Virus record (IMG/VR): IMGVR_UViG_3300032319_000440
Span: 1 to 33,764 of that record
Reading direction: 5' to 3' (one strand)
DNA from: a virus
Lineage: Duplodnaviria > Caudoviricetes
DNA: 33,764 nt
The notes beneath the pieces were generated by a model that saw only the letters and a program-made list of their open reading frames with translations, was not told where the DNA came from and did no database searches. Both the position numbers and the translations under genes were made by a program. Positions 1 through 10,380 of the stretch are shown one piece after another; position 1 is the first letter of the stretch; the number at the start of each line of letters is the position of its first letter.

Positions 1-378
1 AATCAAGATAATGCACCGTTTAATAATGAAAATTATTCTTTTTGGAAATTAACTGATATTTTATGGCCGTATAAAAATGTGTTATCAGGTTTTACAGGTA
101 CATCCGAACAAATATATAACAAACAAATGATATTTGCAACAGAAACTATTAGGGATTCGGCCTACGAGTATATTATTAATAATTTACCCGCAGCAACAAC
201 CGCAAATACACAAAACGATGTATATTTTTTAAGTGGTATTTTTATTAATAGTGATGTTAGTACTGGTACAACACAATTTGAATCATATGTTGTTGTTGAT
301 AAAGTTATGAAATATGAGTTTGGCGTTGGATGGAGTGCAATAACAAGTAATTATATGAGCGGTTTACCAATTGATTAA
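1..378 (+). CDS. Hypothetical protein, 5'-truncated by window edge (possible virion-associated protein)
   Basis: Frame is open from base 1 (NQDNAPFNNENYSFW...) through the track ORF 79..378; S/T/N/G-rich, ends TAA. Confidence 0.65.
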   Translation, partial: NQDNAPFNNENYSFWKLTDILWPYKNVLSGFTGTSEQIYNKQMIFATETIRDSAYEYIINNLPAATTANTQNDVYFLSGIFINSDVSTGTTQFESYVVVDKVMKYEFGVGWSAITSNYMSGLPID

Positions 379-396
379 AATTAAAAAATAACAATT

Positions 397-663
397 ATGA
401 GAATTTGTATATTATGTGAAGAATCAAAGGTTCTTCAAGCAAGAGAAAAAATGAAAAATGATAATATCTTAAAAATAGATTTATCGCCAACCGGAGAATT
501 GCCCGCAACACATAAGTTATGTGTGATGGCAGTAACCGAAGAAAAGGCTAAACAACTTATGGATTCTGCCGAATTAACAATAATTGAGGCGATGAACCCA
601 AGTGAATTTTTGGTAAAACATAATCTAAAAAAAATTGGTAAATACGGATTTGGAAACTTGTAA
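397..663 (+). CDS. Hypothetical protein (88 aa)
   Basis: ATG after an A-rich leader, fills the gap between neighbours; no motif recognised. Confidence 0.7.
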   Translation: MRICILCEESKVLQAREKMKNDNILKIDLSPTGELPATHKLCVMAVTEEKAKQLMDSAELTIIEAMNPSEFLVKHNLKKIGKYGFGNL

Positions 664-1270
664 GATAAAAAAAAATTTCATCACACAAGATGAGGCAAAC
701 CAAATAATAAATTGGTTAGATTCTGTTAATCATACGGGTGATGATAGTAATTACCACCTCACAGAATTATCCAAAGTATTAAAAGGTAAATCTTGTATTT
801 TTGATATCTCAAACACACCTTTAACAAATTATATTACAAAATTCCAATCAATATCTGATGTATCAAAAGAGGGTTTGCCCTCTTTTATTTTTAACATAAT
901 AGATAGAATCTCGGAAGAATTTAATTTTTCAAAAGATAATGTTTTTCTTCAAGCTGTTGATATGAATAAGGGAGGGAAAATAAATCCCCATTATGACGCA
1001 TCAATAGATGGATATGTTAATTACAAATGTAATATCAGTGTATTGTCGGAAGATTATGATTTTTATGTGGATAAAGAGTCGGTTAAAATACAAGAATCCG
1101 ATTTATATGGGTTTGAAGCGTCACTATACAAACATTGGACAAACGAATTTAATTCAAGAAGAGTTTTTTTAAGTTTTGGTTTTGTGTTAAAATATGAAGA
1201 TGTTGGTAGAACAATAAACGACCCAAGAGTTAGATTAAGTAAAAGAATTGAGAAATACTTTCAAAAATAA
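635..1270 (+). CDS. 2OG-Fe(II) dioxygenase (prolyl-hydroxylase/AlkB-fold superfamily)
   Basis: HxD (INPHYD), distal His (YKHWT) and Arg (SRRVFLSF) in the order expected for the double-stranded beta-helix fold; N-terminal KNFITQDE helix. TTG start uncertain. Confidence 0.75.
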   Translation: MVNTDLETCKIKKNFITQDEANQIINWLDSVNHTGDDSNYHLTELSKVLKGKSCIFDISNTPLTNYITKFQSISDVSKEGLPSFIFNIIDRISEEFNFSKDNVFLQAVDMNKGGKINPHYDASIDGYVNYKCNISVLSEDYDFYVDKESVKIQESDLYGFEASLYKHWTNEFNSRRVFLSFGFVLKYEDVGRTINDPRVRLSKRIEKYFQK

Positions 1271-1276
1271 AATATT

Positions 1277-1480
1277 TTGTACGTAATAAAATTAAATAGC
1301 GAATTATATAGTGGTCAGACGGCTAATATTATTTTTAGTCCTAACAGTGGGGGGACTATCGATATTGGAACTGTAACAATTCCTTATAATTATTTTACCG
1401 ACTATTATTATGGTGTATACGCATTAAATTTTCCAGAAATAAATAAAAATTGTTTTTTGTATCTTAATTACCAAAATTAG
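1277..1480 (+). CDS. Small hypothetical protein, paralog of 1482..1709
   Basis: Shares the S-x-x-YSG...IIF-x-P..G...T-x-PY...YG-x-Y...NC pattern with the next ORF; TTG start. Confidence 0.6.
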   Translation: MYVIKLNSELYSGQTANIIFSPNSGGTIDIGTVTIPYNYFTDYYYGVYALNFPEINKNCFLYLNYQN

Positions 1481-1481
1481 T

Positions 1482-1709
1482 ATGAGCATTTCAAATACGA
1501 TAACTATTGAAAGTATTAATTATAGTGGTGAGTCATCATCTATTATTTTTAGACCAAGTGGAGATACCGTCTCTATTAATTTAGGTAGTCAAACGCTTCC
1601 GTATGTGTTTGACCCATCAATTTTAGAACCACCCAAAACTATTTACGGACAATATATAATAACAACGTCTACCGGAAATTGTTCATATAACTTATTTGTT
1701 GTTGAGTAA
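1482..1709 (+). CDS. Small hypothetical protein, paralog of 1277..1480
   Basis: [17 protein letters not shown]...TLPY...YGQY...NC aligns by eye with the upstream ORF. Confidence 0.7.
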   Translation: MSISNTITIESINYSGESSSIIFRPSGDTVSINLGSQTLPYVFDPSILEPPKTIYGQYIITTSTGNCSYNLFVVE

Positions 1710-1717
1710 TATTTATA
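1710..1717 (+). promoter_or_regulatory. TATTTATA motif (putative phage late promoter)
   Basis: Recurring motif, 3 nt before ATG 1721. Confidence 0.55.
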
Positions 1718-1720
1718 GAC

Positions 1721-3640
1721 ATGGCAAATCCTTTATATTGTTGTAAATATACTATAGTTAACTCTGGTACAACCCCGTCGTACTTTAATTACGTTTCTTG
1801 TATTCCAAATACACCGACTAATAATTTCCAAATACCAATTTCACCAAATCAAATAAAATATATTTGGTCTTTTGAAGGGATGTTAGTCCCGTTAAATAAT
1901 AAAATAGGAATTCTGTGTAAAGAATGTGCACCATTTAATGTTACTCCAAACCCATCCAAAACACCGGTTAGAACACCTGATATCACTCCAACAAATACTG
2001 TAACTCCAACAGTGACATCGACAATAACACCTACAAATACTGTAACTCCAACAGTAACGCCAACAATAGGATTATCACCTACTCCAACAGTAACTTCAAC
2101 AATAACACCAACATCGACTAAAACGCCAACTAATACTGTTACTCCAACTAAAACGTCTACCCCAACAGTAACTAAAACACCAACAAATACTGTAACCCCA
2201 ACCATCACAAAAACACCAACTAAAACGTCTACCCCAACAGTAACTAAAACACCAACAAATACTGTAACCCCAACCATCACAAAAACACCAACTAAAACAT
2301 CAACACCAACTAAAACGTCTACCCCAACAGTAACTAAAACACCAACAAATACTGTAACACCAACCATCACAAAAACTCCAACTAAAACGTCTACCCCAAC
2401 AGTAACTAAAACAGTAACACCAACAAAAACGGTAACTCCAACAATAACTCCAACCGTAACTCCAAGTAATTTACCATTATTAGGTTGTTATGCTGGTTAT
2501 ACAATACCGAATACGTATTTAATGTATACCGATTGTTGTGATGGAACAATAGTTTCTAGATACGTTGTTGAACAAACCCCATACTTAGTTAACGTTGATT
2601 TATCACAATTTTATCAAAACATTACTTTTACATACCAAATTTCAAATTGTCCGACACCAACTCCAACACCAACAATAACTTCAACTCCGGCAATCACACC
2701 AACAAGTACCGTAACACCAAGTCCAAGTTATATACCTAAAAAATTAACAATGAAATTTAATTCTACCGGTAATACTAATAATTGGTTTATTGAAGGTTCA
2801 ACAGTATTTGATATGATAGTTGATTGGGGTGACACTCAAGTGGAGGGGTATGTTGCTTCTGATATGTATAATCCAATCCACACATATTCAGCAAGTGGAG
2901 AATACACTTGTGTTGTAATATTTACCGACCCAACAATAATAGTCTCATTAGATGTTTCTATAGGGTACGGTGATAATAGATTAGTTGATATAATCGGATT
3001 AGAATATTTGACAACATTATCTTACTTAAATTTAAGTGGTAATTTATTAACATCATTCGACCCAAATCCATTGGTAGATAGTGTTAGTACGTTAGATTTA
3101 TCTTATAACGATTTAACAACTTTTACATCAACAGAGCCATTACCTTACGGGTTAGCTAATTTGTATTTAAATGATAATTCAATTACAACATTTACCCCGG
3201 TAGAACCATTACCTATTAATTTACAAAATATATTTTTGAATAACAATTTATTAACAAATTTTAATCCATCATATCCAATGATTAATGTGGTTAATTTGGT
3301 ATTAAATAATAATTTAATTGAAAATTTTAGTCCATCACAGCCTTTACCAATTTCATTAGAAGTGTTAAATTTATCTAACAATTTAATAACAAATTTTTTA
3401 CCAGCAACACCTTTCGCAATATCGGTAAGTGAATTATATTTAAACGACAATAGTTTATCATCATCGGGAATTAATGATGTGTTAGTTTATTTGTCGGGTG
3501 TAACCGGTTGGTTATCACCAAACAATATAACATTATTTAATCAAACGGGTGGTGGATGTTTAAATAATCCTGGTGTAGGATATAACGCTTATCTAAGTTT
3601 AACAGGTTTAGGGTGGACAATTGATGTTGATATGTGTTAA
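1721..3640 (+). CDS. Thr/Pro-rich mucin-like protein with PKD-like domain and leucine-rich repeats (putative virion surface/adhesion protein)
   Basis: Cys-rich N-terminus; ~170 aa of TPT(K/N/V)T repeats; VDWGD...HTY..SGEYT PKD motif; repeated LxxLxLxxNxL/I LRR units; no signal peptide. Confidence 0.8.
   Translation: MANPLYCCKYTIVNSGTTPSYFNYVSCIPNTPTNNFQIPISPNQIKYIWSFEGMLVPLNNKIGILCKECAPFNVTPNPSKTPVRTPDITPTNTVTPTVTSTITPTNTVTPTVTPTIGLSPTPTVTSTITPTSTKTPTNTVTPTKTSTPTVTKTPTNTVTPTITKTPTKTSTPTVTKTPTNTVTPTITKTPTKTSTPTKTSTPTVTKTPTNTVTPTITKTPTKTSTPTVTKTVTPTKTVTPTITPTVTPSNLPLLGCYAGYTIPNTYLMYTDCCDGTIVSRYVVEQTPYLVNVDLSQFYQNITFTYQISNCPTPTPTPTITSTPAITPTSTVTPSPSYIPKKLTMKFNSTGNTNNWFIEGSTVFDMIVDWGDTQVEGYVASDMYNPIHTYSASGEYTCVVIFTDPTIIVSLDVSIGYGDNRLVDIIGLEYLTTLSYLNLSGNLLTSFDPNPLVDSVSTLDLSYNDLTTFTSTEPLPYGLANLYLNDNSITTFTPVEPLPINLQNIFLNNNLLTNFNPSYPMINVVNLVLNNNLIENFSPSQPLPISLEVLNLSNNLITNFLPATPFAISVSELYLNDNSLSSSGINDVLVYLSGVTGWLSPNNITLFNQTGGGCLNNPGVGYNAYLSLTGLGWTIDVDMC
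2147..2413 (+). repeat. 72-bp coding tandem repeat ([24 protein letters not shown])
   Basis: Near-identical copies start at 2147, 2219, 2309 (after an 18-bp insert) and 2381 (partial). Confidence 0.9.
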
Positions 3641-3662
3641 TAAATAAAAAAAAAACAAAAAA

Positions 3663-5450
3663 ATGAAAAAAACGGTTTTATTATGGTTGTTAATCTTTTT
3701 AACAACTTTTGCAAACGCAAGAAAATTTTACTTTAGCACTTCCGGTAGTAATGGAAATAATGGTTTATCACCGGCAACTCCTTGGCAAACATTGACTAAA
3801 TTACAAACATTTAGCGCCAACGCATTACCCGGAGATACATTTGCTTTTAAATGTGGTGATGTATTTGCAAATGGAAATAACCGAAGAATAGCGATGGAGT
3901 GGAATAACACCTCAGGAACTGCAACTAATCCAATTGTATTTACATACTATGGTGATTTAACACTTGGGAAACCTAATTTTTTATTTCCATACCCATCAAG
4001 TGTTCGTGCCACCGACAAATATAATATGTGTTTCAAAAATGCATCTTATTTAGTTTTTGATGGGTTGCAATTTAATGATTTTAGATTTCCGGTTAACGAT
4101 AAAAGAACATCGGCATATACTGCGTCAGGACTAATGTTTGGTGAAAGTATAGAGACGAAATCTTTTTATTGTACAATCAAAAATTGTTATTTCAGTAATA
4201 TTGGTTATGGTATTTTAGGTGATGGAGAAAATTTTAATATTACTAATAATACTTTTACAAACTTCAAATCTGTTGGTGATACGTTAGGTACTTTTGATAT
4301 TGGTGCGGACGCATTACAAATTTCAGGTAAAAAATACAGAATTACTAACAACTATATTAGTGGTAGTTGGGCTTACGCAAACCCATTCAATTCATCTTCT
4401 AATGGTTTACTTGGTGGTGCTCTTGAAACAATTAATGATTTTGATAGTAGTTTTGTTGCTTATAATACATTCATTGATAACTCAGGTGGAATGGAGTATG
4501 GACAAAATAGAGGACCAGGATATGGACCAAATGACGACACATTTGCTTATAACTTATTTATTAATAACTCTGTTGTAATTTATATTAATACAACAGGGAC
4601 TTTTAAATGTACCGCATCTAATATGCATTTTTGGAATAATGTTATTATTGAGAATGAAAAATCACGATTTACAGGTAGAAATAATGGTGGAGATGCGTTA
4701 GGTAACGGACAAACATATACTTCTTCAGGATTTATTTATTGGCCACCATTACCACCAAGTAAATCAACTTTCAATCCGCAGGAATATAATTATTATTCTT
4801 CTTGGAGAACTTTTGATTGTGGAGACCAAACACTAGGTAACGTTGGTGATACGTTATATGATATTAGAAATAATATAATTTGGAATACCAATGGTTTACA
4901 ATTAAAATCTAGTTTTGCAAGAAGACCAAGAGATTTTTACAGAAATAACATATACCACATTAAAGGTAGTTATCAATTGGCGACAAATCTTGGGGAGGAT
5001 GCGGTATTAGACATAGGAGAAAAAATTATTAATACTAAATTATTTGTAGATACTTCTAACGCTTTTCCGCAAAATTGGGATTTTCATATTATTAGTGATA
5101 CATCATCGGCGGTATTAGGAGGAACAAATGTTGGTCTCACAAAAGATTTTGCAGGAAATCCTGTTTCAGGAATCCCAACAATTGGAATCTATCAATATTC
5201 TAAAGCCCCAAAACTAGCGGCTTCTTCAACAAACGTTACGTGTAAAACGTCGAATAATGGAACAATAACCGCTAGTGCAAATGGTGGAACATCACCTTAT
5301 ATTTATAAGATAAACAATTTAACATATCGTAGTTCAGGTAGTTTTACAGGTTTATCACCAAATACATATATTATTTATGTTAAAGATTCGAAGGGTGTTG
5401 TAACTACATTAAGTGTTACGATAAAATCAAGTAATGTTGTTTGTCCTTAA
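3663..5450 (+). CDS. Secreted pectin-lyase-like right-handed beta-helix protein with C-terminal SprB-like repeat
   Basis: Sec signal peptide (MKKTVLLWLLIFLTTFANA); GxxGNNGLSPATPWQT and PGDT start motifs; Asn-ladder repeats (ITNNTF, ITNNYI, AYNTF, WNNVI); C-terminal GTITASANGGTSPY...GLSPNTY.IYVKDSKG. Confidence 0.75.
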   Translation: MKKTVLLWLLIFLTTFANARKFYFSTSGSNGNNGLSPATPWQTLTKLQTFSANALPGDTFAFKCGDVFANGNNRRIAMEWNNTSGTATNPIVFTYYGDLTLGKPNFLFPYPSSVRATDKYNMCFKNASYLVFDGLQFNDFRFPVNDKRTSAYTASGLMFGESIETKSFYCTIKNCYFSNIGYGILGDGENFNITNNTFTNFKSVGDTLGTFDIGADALQISGKKYRITNNYISGSWAYANPFNSSSNGLLGGALETINDFDSSFVAYNTFIDNSGGMEYGQNRGPGYGPNDDTFAYNLFINNSVVIYINTTGTFKCTASNMHFWNNVIIENEKSRFTGRNNGGDALGNGQTYTSSGFIYWPPLPPSKSTFNPQEYNYYSSWRTFDCGDQTLGNVGDTLYDIRNNIIWNTNGLQLKSSFARRPRDFYRNNIYHIKGSYQLATNLGEDAVLDIGEKIINTKLFVDTSNAFPQNWDFHIISDTSSAVLGGTNVGLTKDFAGNPVSGIPTIGIYQYSKAPKLAASSTNVTCKTSNNGTITASANGGTSPYIYKINNLTYRSSGSFTGLSPNTYIIYVKDSKGVVTTLSVTIKSSNVVCP

Positions 5451-5519
5451 AAATAATTAAAAAATTTTTTTACTATTCATTATTTTATTCTTTATTATAT
5501 TTTTATTGAAAAGTAAAAC

Positions 5520-6773
5520 ATGAGTAAAATTTTTATTCAGATAGCAAGCTATCGAGACCCCCAGTTACCTCTCACTATAAAAAACGCAATTGAAAACGCA
5601 AAAAGTCCAAAGAATTTAAGATTTGGTATCGCAAGACAATTTCATGAGGATGACAAATTTGATGATTTATCGGAATATTCTGAAGATAAAAGATTCAGAG
5701 TATTAGACATCCCTTATAACGAATCAAGAGGAGTTTGTTGGGCAAGACATTTGACACAACAACTTTATGAAAATGAAGAATATACAATGCAAATTGATTC
5801 TCACATGAGATTTGAAAAGGATTGGGATAAGACCTTCATAGACATGATTAAACAACTTCAAAAGAAGGGACACCCTAAACCATTACTTACAGGTTATGTG
5901 TCCTCATTTGACCCTGATAATGACCCAGGAGCTAGAGTTAGAGAACCATGGAGAATGGCCTTTGATAGATTCATTCCTGAAGGGGCGGTATTTTTCTTAC
6001 CTGAAACAATTCCTAATTGGCGAGAATTAAAACAACCTGTACCTGCAAGATTTTACTCGGCACATTTTTGTTTTACAGTAGGACAATTCTCAAAAGAAGT
6101 TCAACATGACCCCGAGTTTTATTTTCACGGTGAAGAAATTTCAATCGCCGCAAGAGCATATACTCATGGATATGATTTATTCCATCCACATAAAGTAGCC
6201 ATTTGGCACGAATATACTAGAAAAGGTCGTACTAAACAATGGGATGACGATAAAGAGTGGGGTGAAAAAAATAGATTGGCACATCTAAAAAACAGAAAAC
6301 TTTTTGGTATGGATGGTGAAGTTTATGATGAAGAATATTTTGGTAGTTATGGTTTTGGTAAAGAAAGAACTTTAACTGATTATGAAAAATATTCAGGATT
6401 ATTGTTTAGTAATCGTGCGGTACAACAATATACGTTAGATAAAAACTATCCTCCAAATCCTTATGATTTTCAGAATGAAGAAGATTGGAAAAACAGTTTC
6501 GCCCAAATATTCAAGCATTGCATTGACGTAGGTTACGCTCAAGTACCTGAAAAAGATTATGATTTTTGGGTGGTCGCTTTCCATAACGCTCAGGACGAAA
6601 CTATATTTAGAAAGGATGCCGACCCTAATGAGATTGCAAGTATGATGAGAGACCCTGACGGATACTGTAAAGTATGGAGAGAATTCCAAACATCTCATAA
6701 ACCAACATACTGGGTAGTATGGCCACACTCTATATCCAAAGGATGGTGTGATAGAATCACAGGAAATTTATAA
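5520..6773 (+). CDS. GT60/Gnt1-like UDP-GlcNAc transferase (Skp1-hydroxyproline GlcNAc transferase family, GT-A fold)
   Basis: IFIQIASYRDP, GVCWAR, QIDSHMRF (DxH), FHGEEISIAARAYTHGYD and HEY motifs match my recollection of this family. Confidence 0.8.
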   Translation: MSKIFIQIASYRDPQLPLTIKNAIENAKSPKNLRFGIARQFHEDDKFDDLSEYSEDKRFRVLDIPYNESRGVCWARHLTQQLYENEEYTMQIDSHMRFEKDWDKTFIDMIKQLQKKGHPKPLLTGYVSSFDPDNDPGARVREPWRMAFDRFIPEGAVFFLPETIPNWRELKQPVPARFYSAHFCFTVGQFSKEVQHDPEFYFHGEEISIAARAYTHGYDLFHPHKVAIWHEYTRKGRTKQWDDDKEWGEKNRLAHLKNRKLFGMDGEVYDEEYFGSYGFGKERTLTDYEKYSGLLFSNRAVQQYTLDKNYPPNPYDFQNEEDWKNSFAQIFKHCIDVGYAQVPEKDYDFWVVAFHNAQDETIFRKDADPNEIASMMRDPDGYCKVWREFQTSHKPTYWVVWPHSISKGWCDRITGNL

Positions 6774-6779
6774 TAACCC

Positions 6780-7220
6780 TTGAATAAAAAAATTCTAATA
6801 TCACATAGAGGGAATATTAACGGACCAAATCCTATTAGAGAAAATTCCCCGTTTTACGTTATGGGGGCAATTGCAATGGGTTATGATGTTGAAATTGATG
6901 TTTGGAAAGTTGGTGATAAACTATATTTAGGTCATGATGAACCACAATATGAGATTAATGAAGAATGGTTTATTGACCGAATTAATAATTTGTGGGTTCA
7001 TTGTAAAAATGTTGAGTCATTAATTTGGGTTAGTAATACTAAATTACATTATTTTTGGCATGAGCACGACACGGTAACACTTACTTCAAAGAACTATATT
7101 TGGGCATACCCAGGAAAACAACCAATATTAAATAGTGTTGCAGTAATGCCCGAAATTAACAATGAAGATACTAATAATTGCTTAGGTATTTGTTCTGATT
7201 TTATAAAAAATTTTAAATGA
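6780..7220 (+). CDS. Short glycerophosphodiester phosphodiesterase (GDPD/PLC-like) protein
   Basis: ISHRG, EN, DVEIDV, LGHD and HCKN motifs. Confidence 0.7.
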   Translation: MNKKILISHRGNINGPNPIRENSPFYVMGAIAMGYDVEIDVWKVGDKLYLGHDEPQYEINEEWFIDRINNLWVHCKNVESLIWVSNTKLHYFWHEHDTVTLTSKNYIWAYPGKQPILNSVAVMPEINNEDTNNCLGICSDFIKNFK

Positions 7221-8569
7221 TAAAAACAATAATATTTGATTTAGACGGGGTATTAGTGGACGCTAAAAATATACATTATGAGACCTTAAACGAGGCTTTA
7301 GGGGATGAGTATAAAATAAGTTGGGAAGAACATTTATCCAAATATGATGGACTTAAAACTAATGAAAAATTAAAAATTTTAACAAAAGAAAAAAATTTAC
7401 CAATTGAAAATTATGAAAATATTTGGATTAAAAAACAAAAATTAACTATTTTAAAATTAAAATCTTTACAACAATCAAATACTCTAATCGATTGTATGGA
7501 AAAATTAATTAATGATGGATATCAATTGGCGGTTTGTTCTAATAGTATTAGAAAAACCGTTTTAACGGTTTTAAGTAAATTAGGAATTGTTGAATATTTT
7601 GACTTAATTTTGTCAAATGAAGATGTTAAACATAGCAAACCACATCCGGAAATTTATTGGAAATGTATGGTCAACATAAACAGTTTACCTGAAGAAACGT
7701 TAATTATTGAGGATTCACCACATGGTTTATTATCAGCAAGTAGAAGTGGTGCTAGAGTATTAAGAGTTTCATCAACAAAAGAAGTCAATTATGATAATAT
7801 AAAAAAACAATTATATAATAAAAAAGAAATTATGACACCAAAATGGATTGATAAAAAATTAAATGTACTGGTTCCAATGGCAGGTGCTGGAAGCAGATTC
7901 GAATTAGCTGGATATACATTCCCAAAACCATTAATAGATGTTAATGGTGAACCTATGATTAAGGTTGTTAGTGAAAATTTAAATTTAGACGCTAATTTCA
8001 TATACATAGTACAAAAATCACATAGAGAAAAATATAACTTAATTACCTTATTAAATTTGATATCTCCAAACTGTACAATAGTTGAGGTCGATGGAATTAC
8101 TGAAGGAGCGGCTTGTACAACTTTATTAGCAAAACAATTTATTAATAATGACCAACCATTAATTATCGCTAATTCTGACCAAATTATTGAATGGAACTCA
8201 AATGATTTTATGTATAAAATGAATGAATCGGAAGCGGATGGGGGTATTGTTACATTTAATTCAACCCACCCTAAATGGTCATTTGTTAAAATAAATGAAA
8301 CAGGGTTTGTAACCGAAGTTTCTGAAAAAAACCCAATTTCAGATATAGCAACTGTTGGTATTTATTTTTGGAAAAATGGGTCAGATTATGTAAAATATGC
8401 CGAAGAAATGATTAATAAAGAAATAAGGGTGAATAACGAATTTTATGTTTGTCCCGTATTTAATCAAGCAATAAACGATGGTAAAAATATAGTAATATTT
8501 AATGTGGATAAAATGTGGGGAATAGGAACTCCTGAGGATTTAAATTTTTATCTTAAAAATGGAAATTAA
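7217..8569 (+). CDS. HAD-family phosphatase fused to a sugar-phosphate nucleotidyltransferase
   Basis: N-half: DLDGVL, CSN, KPHP, IEDS. C-half: PMAGAGSRF...PKPL, EK, and WGIGTPEDL. Confidence 0.85.
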   Translation: MIKTIIFDLDGVLVDAKNIHYETLNEALGDEYKISWEEHLSKYDGLKTNEKLKILTKEKNLPIENYENIWIKKQKLTILKLKSLQQSNTLIDCMEKLINDGYQLAVCSNSIRKTVLTVLSKLGIVEYFDLILSNEDVKHSKPHPEIYWKCMVNINSLPEETLIIEDSPHGLLSASRSGARVLRVSSTKEVNYDNIKKQLYNKKEIMTPKWIDKKLNVLVPMAGAGSRFELAGYTFPKPLIDVNGEPMIKVVSENLNLDANFIYIVQKSHREKYNLITLLNLISPNCTIVEVDGITEGAACTTLLAKQFINNDQPLIIANSDQIIEWNSNDFMYKMNESEADGGIVTFNSTHPKWSFVKINETGFVTEVSEKNPISDIATVGIYFWKNGSDYVKYAEEMINKEIRVNNEFYVCPVFNQAINDGKNIVIFNVDKMWGIGTPEDLNFYLKNGN

Positions 8570-8622
8570 ATGTTTTTTTTTACCAAATGTACAATATATT
8601 TATGTTGGTAATTGTTTGATAG

Positions 8623-8745
8623 AGAAATAAAAAAATTAAAAAAACCGGATTGATTAATGAGGTTAATGACTTTTTAAAATCGAAAAATGGTAATTCTTGG
8701 TATGTATTAAAAGAATATAAAAACAATAACGGATTAATGATTTAA
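8623..8745 (+). pseudogene. Possible C-terminal remnant of a methyltransferase-like gene
   Basis: Frame with no ATG near its 5' end, KKTGLINEVNDFLKSKNGNSWYVLKEYKNNNGLMI*, resembles C-termini of phage class I SAM methyltransferases (from memory); sits in a ~250-bp gap of an otherwise tightly coupled operon. Confidence 0.35.
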
Positions 8746-8824
8746 AAAAAATTAAATAAATATTTTATTTATAACAAATGCATTAGGTCCTGACTATTAG
8801 ATTAATCTCTAAAATCAAAATAAT

Positions 8825-9694
8825 ATGGGTAATATTGAAACAATTATTTACACAAATGAAAATCATATTAACATTCTAAATGTAACATTACCTAGATTTG
8901 TAAAATTTCTAAAACCTATAAATTCTAATATTAATATTGTTACTAACAAATTTGTTAATAACACAAATATTAATTTTAATGACGTAAATATTATTGAAAC
9001 TAATATAAATTTTGACCCTCAAGGGTCTCATTTTAGAGACTCTATGTTAATTGCGTTAACATCAATTAAATCAGAATATGTGTTATTTTTTTGTGATGAT
9101 TATATGTTAAATTCAATGATTAAAATTGATATGTTTAATAAAGTTAAAAATATTATAAATCACTATAATTGCGATTTTTTATCTTTTTCTAGTTTAGCGT
9201 ATATTAGACATTATTTAGAAAAATGGTTAATGGTTAATCCGGATTTAAAAGAATTTGGTATTGAGGGTGGAATTTTATATGAAATTAATGAAAACTATAG
9301 ACATTTATATTCCGTACAACCTTGTATTTGGAAAAAAGAATCTTTAATTAAATTACTTGAAAATAATGATTATTTAACTCTTCATATGTTAGATAACACC
9401 ATTATAAAAAATAAAAAAGGTTTATTAAGAAATTTAAATTATGAAACAGACTATTATGATGTTGATGGTGAAAATAATTTAGATTATGGTTTTAAAAACT
9501 ATACTATACATTTACCGCCCCTAAGCTTTAATATAGATGATAGAAATTTAAATTCAGATTATTTTGTTTTTGATTATGGTGAAATACTTAGACACGGTAA
9601 AATTGTAGATTCTAAAACAAATTCTGTAAATATTTTGATGTCGTATTTAGATGATAATCCAAAAATAAAAGAAAAGATATTTAAATTTTTATGA
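8825..9694 (+). CDS. Putative glycosyltransferase (GT-A-like)
   Basis: YVLFFCDDY acidic motif after a hydrophobic strand; QPCIWKKE motif; operon context. Confidence 0.55.
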   Translation: MGNIETIIYTNENHINILNVTLPRFVKFLKPINSNINIVTNKFVNNTNINFNDVNIIETNINFDPQGSHFRDSMLIALTSIKSEYVLFFCDDYMLNSMIKIDMFNKVKNIINHYNCDFLSFSSLAYIRHYLEKWLMVNPDLKEFGIEGGILYEINENYRHLYSVQPCIWKKESLIKLLENNDYLTLHMLDNTIIKNKKGLLRNLNYETDYYDVDGENNLDYGFKNYTIHLPPLSFNIDDRNLNSDYFVFDYGEILRHGKIVDSKTNSVNILMSYLDDNPKIKEKIFKFL

Positions 9695-10380
9695 GAAAAA
9701 TAATAATATTAGTATTAACTTATGACGATGGAGGTGCGTATTCAGAAATGGATTCTATAGTAAGAAATACGTGGGGGTCACAACACAATGATAATATTAA
9801 AATATTTTATTATTACTCAAAACCATTAGATTCCGATGATTACATTGTTGATGGAGATAAAATTTACTGTAATGGTAATGAGTCTTATAACACTATTGGC
9901 CAAAAAACAATTAAATCTTTTAAGTTTTTAATGACACAAAATTTTGATTTTCTTTTACGAGCAAATACTTCAAGTTTTATACATTTACCAAACTTAATTA
10001 AATTTTTAAACGATAAACCACTAAATAATTTTTATTCGGGTAAATTAATACCATATCATGAAGAATATTTAAATATTAATTTGGCTAGTGGCTCGTCCTA
10101 TATTTTGAGTAAAGATTTAGTTAAGTATGTTATTGAAAATGAAAACAGTTGGAATCATAACTATCCTGATGATGTTGCACTTGGAGAATTAATGTATAAA
10201 CACAATATTAAGTTACACGAAACTGAATGGTTAAAAATGGAGAATACCTCAAATGATAACATATTAAAATCACTTAATGATGGTTTTCAAATTAGGTGTA
10301 AAATTGAAAGTAGATTTGACGTGGAAAATCAAATAAAAAATTTTAATTTTTTAAATAAAAAAATATATAATATAATATGA
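9691..10380 (+). CDS. Putative GT31/galactosyltransferase-like glycosyltransferase
   Basis: RNTWG, KT..SF, SGSSYILSKDLV and DDVALG motifs; ATGA overlap with the upstream gene. Confidence 0.65.
   Translation: MRKIIILVLTYDDGGAYSEMDSIVRNTWGSQHNDNIKIFYYYSKPLDSDDYIVDGDKIYCNGNESYNTIGQKTIKSFKFLMTQNFDFLLRANTSSFIHLPNLIKFLNDKPLNNFYSGKLIPYHEEYLNINLASGSSYILSKDLVKYVIENENSWNHNYPDDVALGELMYKHNIKLHETEWLKMENTSNDNILKSLNDGFQIRCKIESRFDVENQIKNFNFLNKKIYNII

Noticed and set aside
635-1270. TET/JBP-type DNA base oxidase
   Set aside because: Compact size and motif spacing look more like small P4H/AlkB-type enzymes, and no DNA methyltransferase is adjacent; not fully excluded without a profile search.
1849-2370. 173-aa minus-strand Val/Gly ORF
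   Set aside because: Antisense shadow of the Thr/Pro repeat codons.
2147-2413. Repeats as a CRISPR array
   Set aside because: Contiguous in-frame coding repeats without unique spacers; no cas genes in the window.
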